From: an uncultured bacterium
GTDB taxonomy: Bacteria; Margulisbacteria; WOR-1; CAVSGV01
Direction of reading: 5' to 3'
Length of the DNA: 64,000 nt
Assembly: GCA_963768305.1 (NCBI GenBank)
Contig: CAVYHE010000008.1
Location: 129,576 to 193,575 of the forward strand
The notes beneath the pieces are model-generated. The model was given only the letters and a program-made list of their open reading frames with translations, ran no database searches and was not told the origin of the DNA. The stretch's first letter is position 1, and the number at the start of each line of letters is the position of its first letter. A program made the position numbers and the translations under genes. Positions 38,265 to 48,159 of the stretch are shown in pieces.

Positions 38265-39599
38265 GTGAAGAAGATATTGCTTCTTGTTCTGATAGTCTTA
38301 TTGACGACCTGCCTCGTGGGATGCGGAAAAACAAAAGAGGAAAAAGGCGTGGCCACTGTTCAGATGTGGGTCATGCCAAATTCTCTGGAACCTATCGGGG
38401 ACATAGAAAATCTCCTTAAAGATTTTGAAGCCGCCAATCCCGGAATAAAAGTTAAAGTGACCTCCGTTGACTGGGGCGCCGCGTGGACAAAGATAACAAC
38501 AGCAGCTACTTCCGGCGACGTGCCGGACCTTGTTCAGTTGGGTTCGACATGGGTCGGCTCCATATCAAGCATGGGATCGATGCTGGATATGAAGGACAGG
38601 GTCGCGGAGCTGGGCGGAAAGGACATATTCGTTCCCGCAGCCTGGAAGTCCACCGGGATAGAAGGCTCCGGCCAGGTCACGGCCATCCCGTGGTTCATGG
38701 ATGCGCGGGCGATGTTTTACAGGACGGATGTTCTGAGGGAGGCACATGTTTCCCCGAAAGAGCTGGATAACTGGGCATCGTTCAAGCACGCTCTCAGCAA
38801 GATCAAGGCCGCGAATATCGCGATAGACGGCGTGGAGATCGCGCCTCTGGGTATTTCCGGAAAGAACGACTGGAACGTGGTGCACAATCTCGCTCCGTGG
38901 ATATGGGAAGCAGGCGGGGATTTTATCGGGCCCGACAGGAAAAGCGCAGTTATCAATTCGAAAGAATCATTGGCAGGGATAATGTATTACATAGATCTGG
39001 TCAAGAACGGATATGTGCCTATTGAATATCTGGAATTGAACACCGCGCAAGTATCATCTAATTTCAACAACGGCTCCTGCGCGATATATTTCGACGGGCC
39101 TTACGAAGTTAAAACTTTGACCACGCCTCCCGGACAGGGCGGCGCGGAAGGCTCCCTCACCTCCAGGAATTTCGCAGTCGCCCTGTATCCGAAAGGTCCC
39201 AACGGCAGGGTCGCCTTCATAGGAGGCTCCAACCTCGGCATTTTCAAGCAGGCCAAGCACAAGGAAGAAGCATTCAAGGTCATTCAATACTTGACATCGA
39301 AACAGGCACAGGTAAATTATGCAAAGACCACTGGATTCCTTCCTGCAAGGCGTGATGCGTTCGATGATCCTTTCTTCTCAAATGACCCGAACAGGCGCGT
39401 TTTCAAGGATACGGTTCTCTTCGGAAAAACTTATCCCTGCATCCCGGCATGGGGTCTCTTGGAGCCCGTGCTCACAAGAAGATTCGGGATAATGTGGGAA
39501 TATGTGACGAATACTTATGAGGACGGCTTCAAGCAATCGGAAATAAAGAACCAGCTTGATCTGGCAAAGTCTGAAATTGACGGAGTACTTAAACAATAA
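38265..39599 (+). CDS. sugar ABC transporter substrate-binding lipoprotein (SBP family 1)
   Basis: Lipobox LVGC. SBP_bac_1-like sequence. GAAGGAGG RBS before the GTG. Confidence 0.85.
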   Translation: MKKILLLVLIVLLTTCLVGCGKTKEEKGVATVQMWVMPNSLEPIGDIENLLKDFEAANPGIKVKVTSVDWGAAWTKITTAATSGDVPDLVQLGSTWVGSISSMGSMLDMKDRVAELGGKDIFVPAAWKSTGIEGSGQVTAIPWFMDARAMFYRTDVLREAHVSPKELDNWASFKHALSKIKAANIAIDGVEIAPLGISGKNDWNVVHNLAPWIWEAGGDFIGPDRKSAVINSKESLAGIMYYIDLVKNGYVPIEYLELNTAQVSSNFNNGSCAIYFDGPYEVKTLTTPPGQGGAEGSLTSRNFAVALYPKGPNGRVAFIGGSNLGIFKQAKHKEEAFKVIQYLTSKQAQVNYAKTTGFLPARRDAFDDPFFSNDPNRRVFKDTVLFGKTYPCIPAWGLLEPVLTRRFGIMWEYVTNTYEDGFKQSEIKNQLDLAKSEIDGVLKQ

Positions 39600-39616
39600 C
39601 TTTGGTAATTTAACTT

Positions 39617-41441
39617 ATGTGCGGCATTTTCGGATATATCGGCAATAAAGAATGCATCTCCCTTTTGATGGAAGGGCTGAAGAAGCTTGAGTACAGGGGA
39701 TATGATTCCGCGGGCATTTCGGTCATCGACAACGATAAACTGATAACCGAAAAATGCGCCGGAAAAATATCCGAACTCGAAAAGCAACTTGACGGGAACT
39801 CCATCAAAAGCCATATCGGCATCGCGCATACCAGATGGGCGACACACGGAAGGCCATCCGACGAAAACAGCCACCCCCACACCGACTGCAAAGATGAAAT
39901 CGCGGTTGTCCATAACGGGATCATAGAAAATTATCTGCAGTTAAGGCGCGAGCTTTCCGCTGACGGGCATGTTTTCAAGTCGACCACTGATACTGAAGTC
40001 ATAGCGCATCTGATCGAAAAGTATTTTAAAGGGAACCTGGAAGAAGCTGTCAGGAAAGCAATAGCAGAGCTTGTCGGCTCTTTTGCTATTGCTGTCATCT
40101 CAAGCCGCGAACCCGAAAAGATAATAGCCGCAAAGCAGGGAAGCCCGCTTAAGATAGGGCTCGGTGACGGCGAAGTTTTCATCGCTTCCGACATCCCCGC
40201 GCTCATCAAATATACCGGGAAGGTCATTTTCATGGGCGAGCAGGAAATGGCCGTGGTAACAAAGAACGATGTGAAGGTGACCGATTTCGCCGGCAACCCC
40301 ATCAAAAAGGAAGTGACCCTTGTTTCCTGGGACCCGGTATCGGCGGAAAAAGGCGGATATTCCCACTTCATGCTGAAGGAGATACACGAACAGCCCAGGG
40401 CTATCAAGGACACGATAGCCGACAGAATAAAGGACGGAAAGATCCACTTTGATGAGCTTGATATGGATGATAAGGAACTGAGCAGGATAAACCGGGTGGT
40501 TTTCACTGCCTGCGGGACAAGCTGGCACGCCGGGCTTGATAGGCGAATATCTGATAGAACAGTTCGTGAAAATCCCGTGCGAGGTGGAATACGCCGCGGA
40601 GTTCAGGTACAGGCATCCTGTTGTGGATGAAAAGACACTTGTCATCGCCATAAGCCAGTCGGGAGAAACTGCGGATACCATGGGCGCCGTATGGGAAGCA
40701 AAATCAAGGGGTGCAAAGGTAATATCCATATGTAACGTTGAAGGAAGCTCGATCGCCAGGGAAAGCGACGGAGTAATGTATACCTATGCGGGGCCTGAAA
40801 TAGGCGTCGCTTCCACAAAAGCGTTCACCACCCAGATAGTCGTGCTTTATCTGTTCTCGCTTATGCTCGGCGTCATAAAGGGCAGCATCTCGCAGGCGGA
40901 AGCCGAAAAGATGATCAATGACCTGTACGAGCTGCCGCTGAAGGTGGAAATGATACTTTCCGCTGAGGACAAGGTCGAAAAATTGAGTGAAAAGCTCTAC
41001 AAGAACACGAACGCTCTTTATCTTGGCCGCGGCAAAGGCTTTCCGATAGCTCTTGAAGGCGCGTTGAAGATGAAGGAAGTATCATATATCCACGCGGAAG
41101 GATATCCCGCGGCGGAAATGAAGCACGGCCCTATCGCGCTGATAGACAAGAACATGCTTGTTGTCGTGCTTGCCCTGAGAGGCCGCAGGTATGAAAAAAT
41201 ACTCGGCAACATAGAAGAGGTAAAGGCGAGGGGCGGGTACGTGGTAGCGATCGCGGTGGACGGCGACGAGGAAATAAAGGAAAAAGCCGACGACATACTA
41301 TATATACCGCATACGACCGAATCACTATCCCCTATCCTGGCGGTCATCCCTCTTCAATTGCTGGCGTATTACATTGCGATAAAAAGAGGCTGCCACGTGG
41401 ACCAGCCTAGGAACCTCGCGAAGAGCGTGACCGTGGAGTGA
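39617..41441 (+). pseudogene. glmS: glutamine--fructose-6-phosphate aminotransferase, frame break near 40538
   Basis: MCGIFGYIG...ACGTSWHAGL, then a +1 shift to IGEYLIEQFVKIPCEVEYAAEFRY...SQSGETADT...KSVTVE. Confidence 0.9.
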
Positions 41442-43036
41442 TTCGAACCGGATTTCTCCCCCGCATAAGTTATCCTGTTAGCCAGATCGATAAAATTTTC
41501 CCTGCACTTTTTTGCGAAATCCTCGGGATAATGGCCCACTATCCAGCGATCCTGTTTTTCACACCATCCGGCGGGACTGGACGGTACAACAGGTAAAAAG
41601 CTGTAGAGCATCTTTTGTCCTGTCCCTTTCGCGCCGAACCTTCCTGATATTTCATATGCAGTGATCATTGAGGCGCCGACCTTTTCCAGTATCTTTAGTG
41701 CCGAAAGTATCGCTTTATCCAGCAGTTCCCGCGTTTCTGCATCCGCCTCAAGGATGTTCCCTGCATTGTTCACCAGTATCTGAAGCTCCCACGGGGACCT
41801 TTGGGCTTTTGGCACGAACAATGTCACGCCGTTCCTGTCGTAAATGAACAGATTGTTGGATCTTTCCGCAACTCCGTCCAGCCTTTTATTCGCTCTTAAA
41901 GCGCTGACATAGTCATCAAAGAAATTATGGCCCGTTTCCTGCCTGTATTCGAGGCAAAATTTCGCGACATCATCGCCTTGCACATGGGTCGGCAGTTTAT
42001 CTAACGGCTCTTCATTTTTCCCGTCCTGGAAGACCGTAACTGAGGACGGAATTAACGCATACTGCTGGTGAACCTGCTGGTGGGATGCATGGAGTTTATG
42101 TCCCGAAAGTGAATAATCATAACCGAAGTTCTGTCCCCATATCGACGCGTTGAAATTGAGGGTGCTGAGGTCCCTTTTAAGTATCTCGGTCCTGAGAAAT
42201 TCGAGCTCTTTGGTCGTGAGCTGCCTTTTAGCCGGAACATCCGGGATCTCAAGTTTTTGCGCGAGCTGCACATATATTCTCTGATAATACAAATGTCGCA
42301 ATCCCTTGATATCTGAAAGTGTCAGATCGCCAGCCTTGTAACGGATGGAATTATGCGCCATATTCGCTGCATAGTGCCCCCAGGGAATGTAGCTGTTGCC
42401 TCTTAAATATTCAAAAATATTTGTTTCTCCTTCGGTATAGTCACCCATTATCTCACTGGGCCCCTGGGCGCCGGGATCAAGGACCATTATTCTTTTAAAC
42501 TCATCGGGAAGAAAAGAATTATTGGCAAGAACTTCGAAAAGATCCTTCTGGATTATATCCCTGACCGGTTCGCCTTTTTTTTCTATATATGCTATCCCAA
42601 CCGGACTTCCGGCTGCGTCATTCTCAAAAACACAGGACAGGTTTGCGAGCTCGGCAAGCGCGGCAGGATCACGGGAGGCTTGACCAAAAGCCAGCGTTAT
42701 CGGATCTGATAGGCTCTTGATATCGATTTGAGCAGCATCTTGACTTATTGGTTTTTGTTTAAATTTCGGATCATCCGCATTCGATTTTAGTATGAACGTG
42801 CTACCCATGAACGGAAAAGCGTTCGGCACCTCGAACACCCATCCTTTTGACTTGGAAACTTCGTCTTCGGGAAAATTATTGAAATATTTATCGTCATGAT
42901 TGGTGATTTCTATGTCGCCGAAATGTCCAAGCACTTTTTCATGTTTTTTTGCCCTTAGGTTAACCACTTTATAGTCAGGCTTGTGGATCCCGTATCTGAA
43001 ATTCCCGGACTCAGAAACACATGTTCGTAAATTCAC
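41369..43036 (-). CDS. hypothetical protein (555 aa as sequenced)
   Basis: Long unambiguous ORF, third gene of a three-gene operon. The 3' end overlaps the glmS stop by 73 nt, so its end is uncertain. Confidence 0.6.
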   Translation of the reverse strand: MNLRTCVSESGNFRYGIHKPDYKVVNLRAKKHEKVLGHFGDIEITNHDDKYFNNFPEDEVSKSKGWVFEVPNAFPFMGSTFILKSNADDPKFKQKPISQDAAQIDIKSLSDPITLAFGQASRDPAALAELANLSCVFENDAAGSPVGIAYIEKKGEPVRDIIQKDLFEVLANNSFLPDEFKRIMVLDPGAQGPSEIMGDYTEGETNIFEYLRGNSYIPWGHYAANMAHNSIRYKAGDLTLSDIKGLRHLYYQRIYVQLAQKLEIPDVPAKRQLTTKELEFLRTEILKRDLSTLNFNASIWGQNFGYDYSLSGHKLHASHQQVHQQYALIPSSVTVFQDGKNEEPLDKLPTHVQGDDVAKFCLEYRQETGHNFFDDYVSALRANKRLDGVAERSNNLFIYDRNGVTLFVPKAQRSPWELQILVNNAGNILEADAETRELLDKAILSALKILEKVGASMITAYEISGRFGAKGTGQKMLYSFLPVVPSSPAGWCEKQDRWIVGHYPEDFAKKCRENFIDLANRITYAGEKSGSNHSTVTLFARFLGWSTWQPLFIAM

Positions 43037-43067
43037 GAAATACTCCTTCCTTTATATCTTCAAAATA

Positions 43068-43943
43068 TCAATATAGCTTCACCGCGTCCGGAATCTTGCA
43101 TCCTTCGATCAACTTTTCAATGTCTATTACCGCCATCCTTACCCCTTCTTCGCTGTCGTGTAATTCTCCTCCGCCGGGGTTGATGGAAATTGTGCCTGAC
43201 GGCATCCTTGCATAAGCCCTGCTAAAATCATATATTTTCTTATCCTTCACAAATGGGACCGAATGGACATGCCCCGTCACATGGACAATTGGATTTAAAG
43301 CTTGAATAAAACTGAACATCGAATGTGTTCCATGGTTTCTTCCGCCCACGGCATCCACAAATCCATACGCCGGCTGATGCGTAAGCAATATGATCTTTTT
43401 CCTCTGCTCATCTATCCAATCGCTGGTCTCATCAAGTAAACCGGAAAGGATTTCCGATTGTTCCTCGCTGGAAATGACTCCCTTATACCATGGATTAAAA
43501 TTCAGGATATTCCCTCTGTCTCGATTATCCGGCTGGATCGAACCAACGCCAATGAAAGAATAACCGGAATGATGGAATATTTCGCCTGATTTTAACGCGA
43601 ACAGCCCCGGGAATTTTTCTTTGTTTTGCCTTAAATATTCAAAAGAGATAACATCCGCATTCCCGTTGATCGTTATCACGGGTTTCCTGCCGGCCGCGTC
43701 CAATATCTTCGGCATGCCTTCTTCTGCCGACCTTCTGCTAAAGTCCGTTCTTTCATATATCTCAGCCGGTGTAGCCCGACCTTTGATCAATGCGTCCCAA
43801 TGTGTCCTTTCAAGCCCAAAAGTATCCCCGCCGAACGCGAACGCGTTCACTTGGCCTCTTACTGCCTTCATTTTTAATGTAAGGCTCTTTAACCTTTCTG
43901 CATGGGGCAAGTGAATATCCGTCACATACGCTAGCCTGAACAT
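43068..43943 (-). CDS. metallophosphoesterase (calcineurin-like)
   Basis: VTDIHL, FGGDTF, NGNAD, LLTHQP and VTGHVH motifs in canonical order. Confidence 0.8.
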   Translation of the reverse strand: MFRLAYVTDIHLPHAERLKSLTLKMKAVRGQVNAFAFGGDTFGLERTHWDALIKGRATPAEIYERTDFSRRSAEEGMPKILDAAGRKPVITINGNADVISFEYLRQNKEKFPGLFALKSGEIFHHSGYSFIGVGSIQPDNRDRGNILNFNPWYKGVISSEEQSEILSGLLDETSDWIDEQRKKIILLTHQPAYGFVDAVGGRNHGTHSMFSFIQALNPIVHVTGHVHSVPFVKDKKIYDFSRAYARMPSGTISINPGGGELHDSEEGVRMAVIDIEKLIEGCKIPDAVKLY

Positions 43944-43956
43944 TATTTTCTCCTTT

Positions 43957-44631
43957 TCAATTCCAATCTTTCAATCTTGCCAACTCAAAAAGGCGGACGC
44001 CGCTATTGAAAAGCCGCGAAGAAGAACTTTGATAATCCGTTATATTGCTGAAAAGATTTTGACGGGCGCAACAGTTCCCCTTATCTCCCGATTCAATTTC
44101 CGCCAATTCAAAAAGATCGAGCGTTTCTATCTTCCCGCTGGCCCGGATCTGCTTAAGCATGTTCAATTTTGGAACAAATATATTCCTGCCTGTTTCGCCG
44201 CTCATCCATGACGAATATCGCCTCGCATCATAAATGGTCAAGCAGGGCATGCTCTTATCCAGGTTTGCTGTGTCATGCATGAAAGCCTTAATTCTGTTTT
44301 CTAAATCGCCAAGCTCCCGCATTACGGATCTGGTATCGTTCAAAAACCGCAGGAATTGCCTTACGGTGATCGGCCTTTTCATCGCCGATAAAGGCATATG
44401 CATAGTATTTACAAATTCCGGGAATTGGACCCTGCTTGCCGTAAAGTCAAAATTTTTGGCCCTTTTATGTGTTCTTTCATGAACCAGCATATTTACTACA
44501 TCGGTAGCCCGCATGATCTCCCCTGATTTTTCAGATCTACATTCAACCCCTAATTGGTGGTATCTGGTATGTGGATCTCTTAAAAGTTGCTCATGTACGG
44601 ACAATCTTGATCTTAACCTGTTTATATTCAT
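43957..44631 (-). CDS. hypothetical protein (224 aa)
   Basis: GGAGAA RBS before the ATG at 44631. Preceded by motif copy at 44694-44665. Confidence 0.55.
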   Translation of the reverse strand: MNINRLRSRLSVHEQLLRDPHTRYHQLGVECRSEKSGEIMRATDVVNMLVHERTHKRAKNFDFTASRVQFPEFVNTMHMPLSAMKRPITVRQFLRFLNDTRSVMRELGDLENRIKAFMHDTANLDKSMPCLTIYDARRYSSWMSGETGRNIFVPKLNMLKQIRASGKIETLDLFELAEIESGDKGNCCARQNLFSNITDYQSSSSRLFNSGVRLFELARLKDWN

Positions 44632-44664
44632 TATTATTTCTCCATTTATTGTTCGGACAAATAT

Positions 44665-44694
44665 ATATCGTCAAATTTGCCCTGGAAATTTCAC
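44665..44694 (-). promoter_or_regulatory. GTGAAAT-N17-CGATAT motif copy facing the 224-aa/phosphoesterase/555-aa operon
   Basis: On the minus strand, GTGAAAT is at 44694-44688, the 17-nt spacer at 44687-44671, and CGATAT at 44670-44665. Confidence 0.5.
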
Positions 44695-44912
44695 TGAAAT
44701 CGAATTCCGGGAATTGAGAGGTTTGAAAATCCAATGACCTCCGAACCAGATCCCCCGCCGGTTGTACCTGCTTTTTTCCCGGCTGCCACCCGATAAATAT
44801 ATGACTTTTGCTTATCCTCAACCTCACGCGGATCAGTAGCAATATTTTGAGGTTTTCTTTGCCCTTGAGCCAAAAACGCATTGCAATTCATCCGGGTTCC
44901 ATTCATTCTCAC
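44691..44912 (-). CDS. small hypothetical protein (73 aa)
   Basis: GGAGG lies 9 nt before the GTG at 44912. Its own motif-type promoter is at 44978-44950. Confidence 0.5.
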   Translation of the reverse strand: MRMNGTRMNCNAFLAQGQRKPQNIATDPREVEDKQKSYIYRVAAGKKAGTTGGGSGSEVIGFSNLSIPGIRFQ

Positions 44913-44949
44913 TTTTATGTTCCTCCGATAAATTTGTTCAACTATTTAT

Positions 44950-44978
44950 TTATCGTTATATCCTGGCTGAAATTTCAT
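44950..44978 (-). promoter_or_regulatory. aTGAAAT-N16-CGATAA motif copy facing the 73-aa ORF
   Basis: On the minus strand, TGAAAT is at 44977-44972, the 16-nt spacer at 44971-44956, and CGATAA at 44955-44950. Confidence 0.5.
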
Positions 44979-45012
44979 TTCTATTCACCTTCACTTGACT
45001 CATGATTTAAGG

Positions 45013-45018
45013 TATAAT
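45013..45018 (+). promoter_or_regulatory. -10 box TATAAT (TTCACT 17 nt upstream), 11 nt before the ATG of the 1037-aa gene
   Basis: TATAAT at 45013-45018 and the ATG at 45030. No SD. Confidence 0.45.
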
Positions 45019-45029
45019 CATTCTGTTTT

Positions 45030-48000
45030 ATGAACAAGCCGAAGTATTACATATCAAAAAATGATGAATTTGTGATAGAAAATTACAATTCATCTTCCAC
45101 GTTCTCCAGCTTTTTCCCAGGAATAGCGGGGGTTTTCGGCGTCCCCATGTGGGTCTTTTACGCTAACAGGGGCCAGTGCATAACTTCCTTCGGCGTCCAG
45201 GACAAGGACGGCGCCATTATGGAATTCCAGCCCGCGAACAAGGCTTACAGGAGCGCCGCGCTTAACGGATTCAGGACTTTCCTGAAAGTTGACGGGAAAT
45301 TCTACGAGCCTTTCAGCGAAACGGACAAGAGCGGCGCAAAAATGATGATAACACCGCATGACCTCACGATATCGGCGGAGAACAAAGCGCTCAAGATAAT
45401 CGTCGAAGTCAATTACTTTACTTTGCCTAATGAAAAATTTCCGGCCCTTGTCAGGACGCTGAAGGTCAAGAATTTGTCCAGAAAGAAAATGGACCTGGAA
45501 GTCCTGGACGGCCTGCCCGCTATGATACCCTGCGGATTCAACAACTCGCTCTTAAAGAACATGAGCCAGACGATAGAGGCGTGGAGCATCGTGGAGAACC
45601 TGGAAAAAAGCGCCCCATTTGTACGGTTGAAAGTTGTCCCCTCAGACGCGCCCGAGACCCAGCTTTCGCAAAGAGGTAATTTTTATTTCTCATTTTCCAA
45701 CCTTGATGGTAAGAAAAGGTCGCCCGATATCATAGTCAGGCGCAGAACGATATTCGGCGAAGTAAGCGGCCTGGGATATCCCGAAGTCTTCGCGGAAGGG
45801 GATTTCAAAGTTCCAGCATCGCAAATGAAGGAGAATTTCATCCCCTGCGCGTTCTCCCACTCAAAAACTGAATTTCCGCCGGCAGAAGAATTTGAGCTTT
45901 TCTCACTCATCGGCAATATCGATAGCATAAAAACACTTAACGAAACCAGGAAAAAGATCTCAAGTAAAGTATATATCGATAAAAAAGCCGCGGAGAACAA
46001 AGACCTGATCGATGACATCGCATCGCGGGCCTCAACCTCAAGCGGTTCAAAGAATTTCGACCTTTATACGAAGCAATCCTTCATCGATAATGTAATGCGC
46101 GGCGGACTGCCCATAAATCTGGACAGTAAAGCTTTCTATGTCTATTACAGGAAGCACGGCGACATGGAAAGGGATTACAACGACTTCCGGCTCCTTCCGA
46201 CCTATTTTTCGCAGGGAAGCGGGAATTACAGGGACATAAACCAGAACCGGCGTAATGACGTGTTCTTCAATCCGGACGTCGGCGAAAGCAATATCCTGAG
46301 ATTTTACAACCTGATCCAGCTGGACGGGTTCAATCCTCTGGTGGTTTTGCCGAGCAAGTATGTAGTCGGATCAAAAGAAGCCGCATCAAAACTTGCAAAA
46401 AAACATATCAAGGAGAACAGCGAAGCTATCGCCGGCGTCATACAGAAACCATATCTGCTGGGGCCGCTCCTGAACGCCATGGAAGACAACGGAGTCCGGC
46501 TGAACTGTTTAAGGGAGGACTTCATCGCGGACCTGATGACCAACTCGGCAAAGGTGGAGGAAGCTCAGCACGGGGAAGGCTACTGGACCGACCATTTCTC
46601 TTACAATCTGGACCTACTTGAGAGCTATGAGAACATATTCCCTGACAAGATCAAGAACCTTATCTTCAACAAAAAGGCTTTCACCTTTTTTGACAATGAC
46701 CACGTTGTGGCGGACAGGAAAAGCAAATACATATTAAAAGGATCCGATGTAAGGCAGTTCGGAAGCGTGAAGGTAGACCATGAAAAACACGCTCTAATGA
46801 ACGGCAGAATCCTGGACAAACACATAATGAGGATGAAATTCGGGACCGGCGAAATATACAGGACATGCCTGATAACCAAGCTTCTATGCATATCTGCGAA
46901 TAAGGCCGCCTCATTTGATGCTGAAGGAGTCGGACTGGAGATGGAGGCCGACAAGCCGGACTGGTACGACGCGCTGAACGGCCTTCCGGGATTGATGGGT
47001 TCTTCGCTCTCCGAGACATTTGAGCTTAAAAGAATGTGCGTTTATATACTGGAGCATCTGGATAATGACATCACTGCACGGATCCCAGTTGAGATAAAGG
47101 AATTCATCGACGGGGTCAATTCAGCCATGTCGGAGTTCTTCTCGGACGGCGATAGCTTCAAATATTGGGATACCGCAACTTCTATCAAGGAAAATTACCG
47201 CGGCAGGACGCGGCTTGGAATAAGCGGAGACGAAGTCAGCGTGCAAAGCGAATATATCCGGGCTTTCCTGGGCAATGTGGTAAAAAAATGCGACCTCGGC
47301 ATCCAGAAAACCATGCAAAAGCACAAGACCTATCATACGTATTTCATTAATGAAGCGATCGAACATGAAATGGAGGGCGGCACGGTCAGTGTGAAAAGAT
47401 TCAAGCAGAAGCCGCTTCCGCTCTTCCTGGAAGGGTTCGTCCACGCGCTGAAAGTCGAGGGAGACAAAAAGATCTATCAGATGGTAAAAAAGAGCCCTCT
47501 TTACGACAGGAAGTTGAAGATGTATAAAGTCAACGCGCCTCTCACCGGCACGCCCATCGAGATTGGGCGGGCGAAAGTTTTTTCGCCGGGCTGGCTGGAA
47601 AATGAATCCATCTGGCTTCACATGGAATATAAATATATGCTGGAACTTTTGAAAGCGGGCATGCATAAGGAATTTTTCAATGATCTTAAGAATGTCCTTG
47701 TCCCATTCATGGACCCGAAGGTCTATAAAAGAAGCGTTCTTGAGAACTCGTCATTTATTTCAAGCAGCGCTTATCCCGATAATGACTGCCACGGAAGGGG
47801 CTTTATCGCGCGGCTTTCCGGCGCAACGGCTGAGTTCCTGGATATGTGGCTGCGAATGACAACGGGCAGGAATATCTTTTCGGTGGACAAGAATGGACGG
47901 CTGTTGTTCAAGCTTTCTCCCATCTTGCCGAAATGGCTGTTCAAGAACGGGCGTTTCTCGTTCACTCTTTTGGGATCGATCAAAGTCGAATATGTCGGCA

Positions 48001-48143
48001 GCGGCTCGCATCCTGCATCATACAAGGTTTTTTTGGAGAAAAAAGAGATAGAACTGAAAGGCCCAGCCGTCGCGGAGCCCTATTCAACTATGATAAGGGA
48101 CAGGGTCATTAAGAAGATCATTGTAAGCCTCTCTCAAAAGTAA
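45030..48143 (+). CDS. large uncharacterised protein, probable (alpha/alpha)6-barrel glycoside phosphorylase/hydrolase-like
   Basis: DKPDWYDALNGLPG parallels the DWNDCLN motif of the adjacent GH94. SPGWLENESIWLHMEYKY is barrel-like. Co-operonic with GH42 and GH94. No signal peptide. Confidence 0.45.
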   Translation: MNKPKYYISKNDEFVIENYNSSSTFSSFFPGIAGVFGVPMWVFYANRGQCITSFGVQDKDGAIMEFQPANKAYRSAALNGFRTFLKVDGKFYEPFSETDKSGAKMMITPHDLTISAENKALKIIVEVNYFTLPNEKFPALVRTLKVKNLSRKKMDLEVLDGLPAMIPCGFNNSLLKNMSQTIEAWSIVENLEKSAPFVRLKVVPSDAPETQLSQRGNFYFSFSNLDGKKRSPDIIVRRRTIFGEVSGLGYPEVFAEGDFKVPASQMKENFIPCAFSHSKTEFPPAEEFELFSLIGNIDSIKTLNETRKKISSKVYIDKKAAENKDLIDDIASRASTSSGSKNFDLYTKQSFIDNVMRGGLPINLDSKAFYVYYRKHGDMERDYNDFRLLPTYFSQGSGNYRDINQNRRNDVFFNPDVGESNILRFYNLIQLDGFNPLVVLPSKYVVGSKEAASKLAKKHIKENSEAIAGVIQKPYLLGPLLNAMEDNGVRLNCLREDFIADLMTNSAKVEEAQHGEGYWTDHFSYNLDLLESYENIFPDKIKNLIFNKKAFTFFDNDHVVADRKSKYILKGSDVRQFGSVKVDHEKHALMNGRILDKHIMRMKFGTGEIYRTCLITKLLCISANKAASFDAEGVGLEMEADKPDWYDALNGLPGLMGSSLSETFELKRMCVYILEHLDNDITARIPVEIKEFIDGVNSAMSEFFSDGDSFKYWDTATSIKENYRGRTRLGISGDEVSVQSEYIRAFLGNVVKKCDLGIQKTMQKHKTYHTYFINEAIEHEMEGGTVSVKRFKQKPLPLFLEGFVHALKVEGDKKIYQMVKKSPLYDRKLKMYKVNAPLTGTPIEIGRAKVFSPGWLENESIWLHMEYKYMLELLKAGMHKEFFNDLKNVLVPFMDPKVYKRSVLENSSFISSSAYPDNDCHGRGFIARLSGATAEFLDMWLRMTTGRNIFSVDKNGRLLFKLSPILPKWLFKNGRFSFTLLGSIKVEYVGSGSHPASYKVFLEKKEIELKGPAVAEPYSTMIRDRVIKKIIVSLSQK

Positions 48144-48159
48144 TATAATTCCGCCTGTT

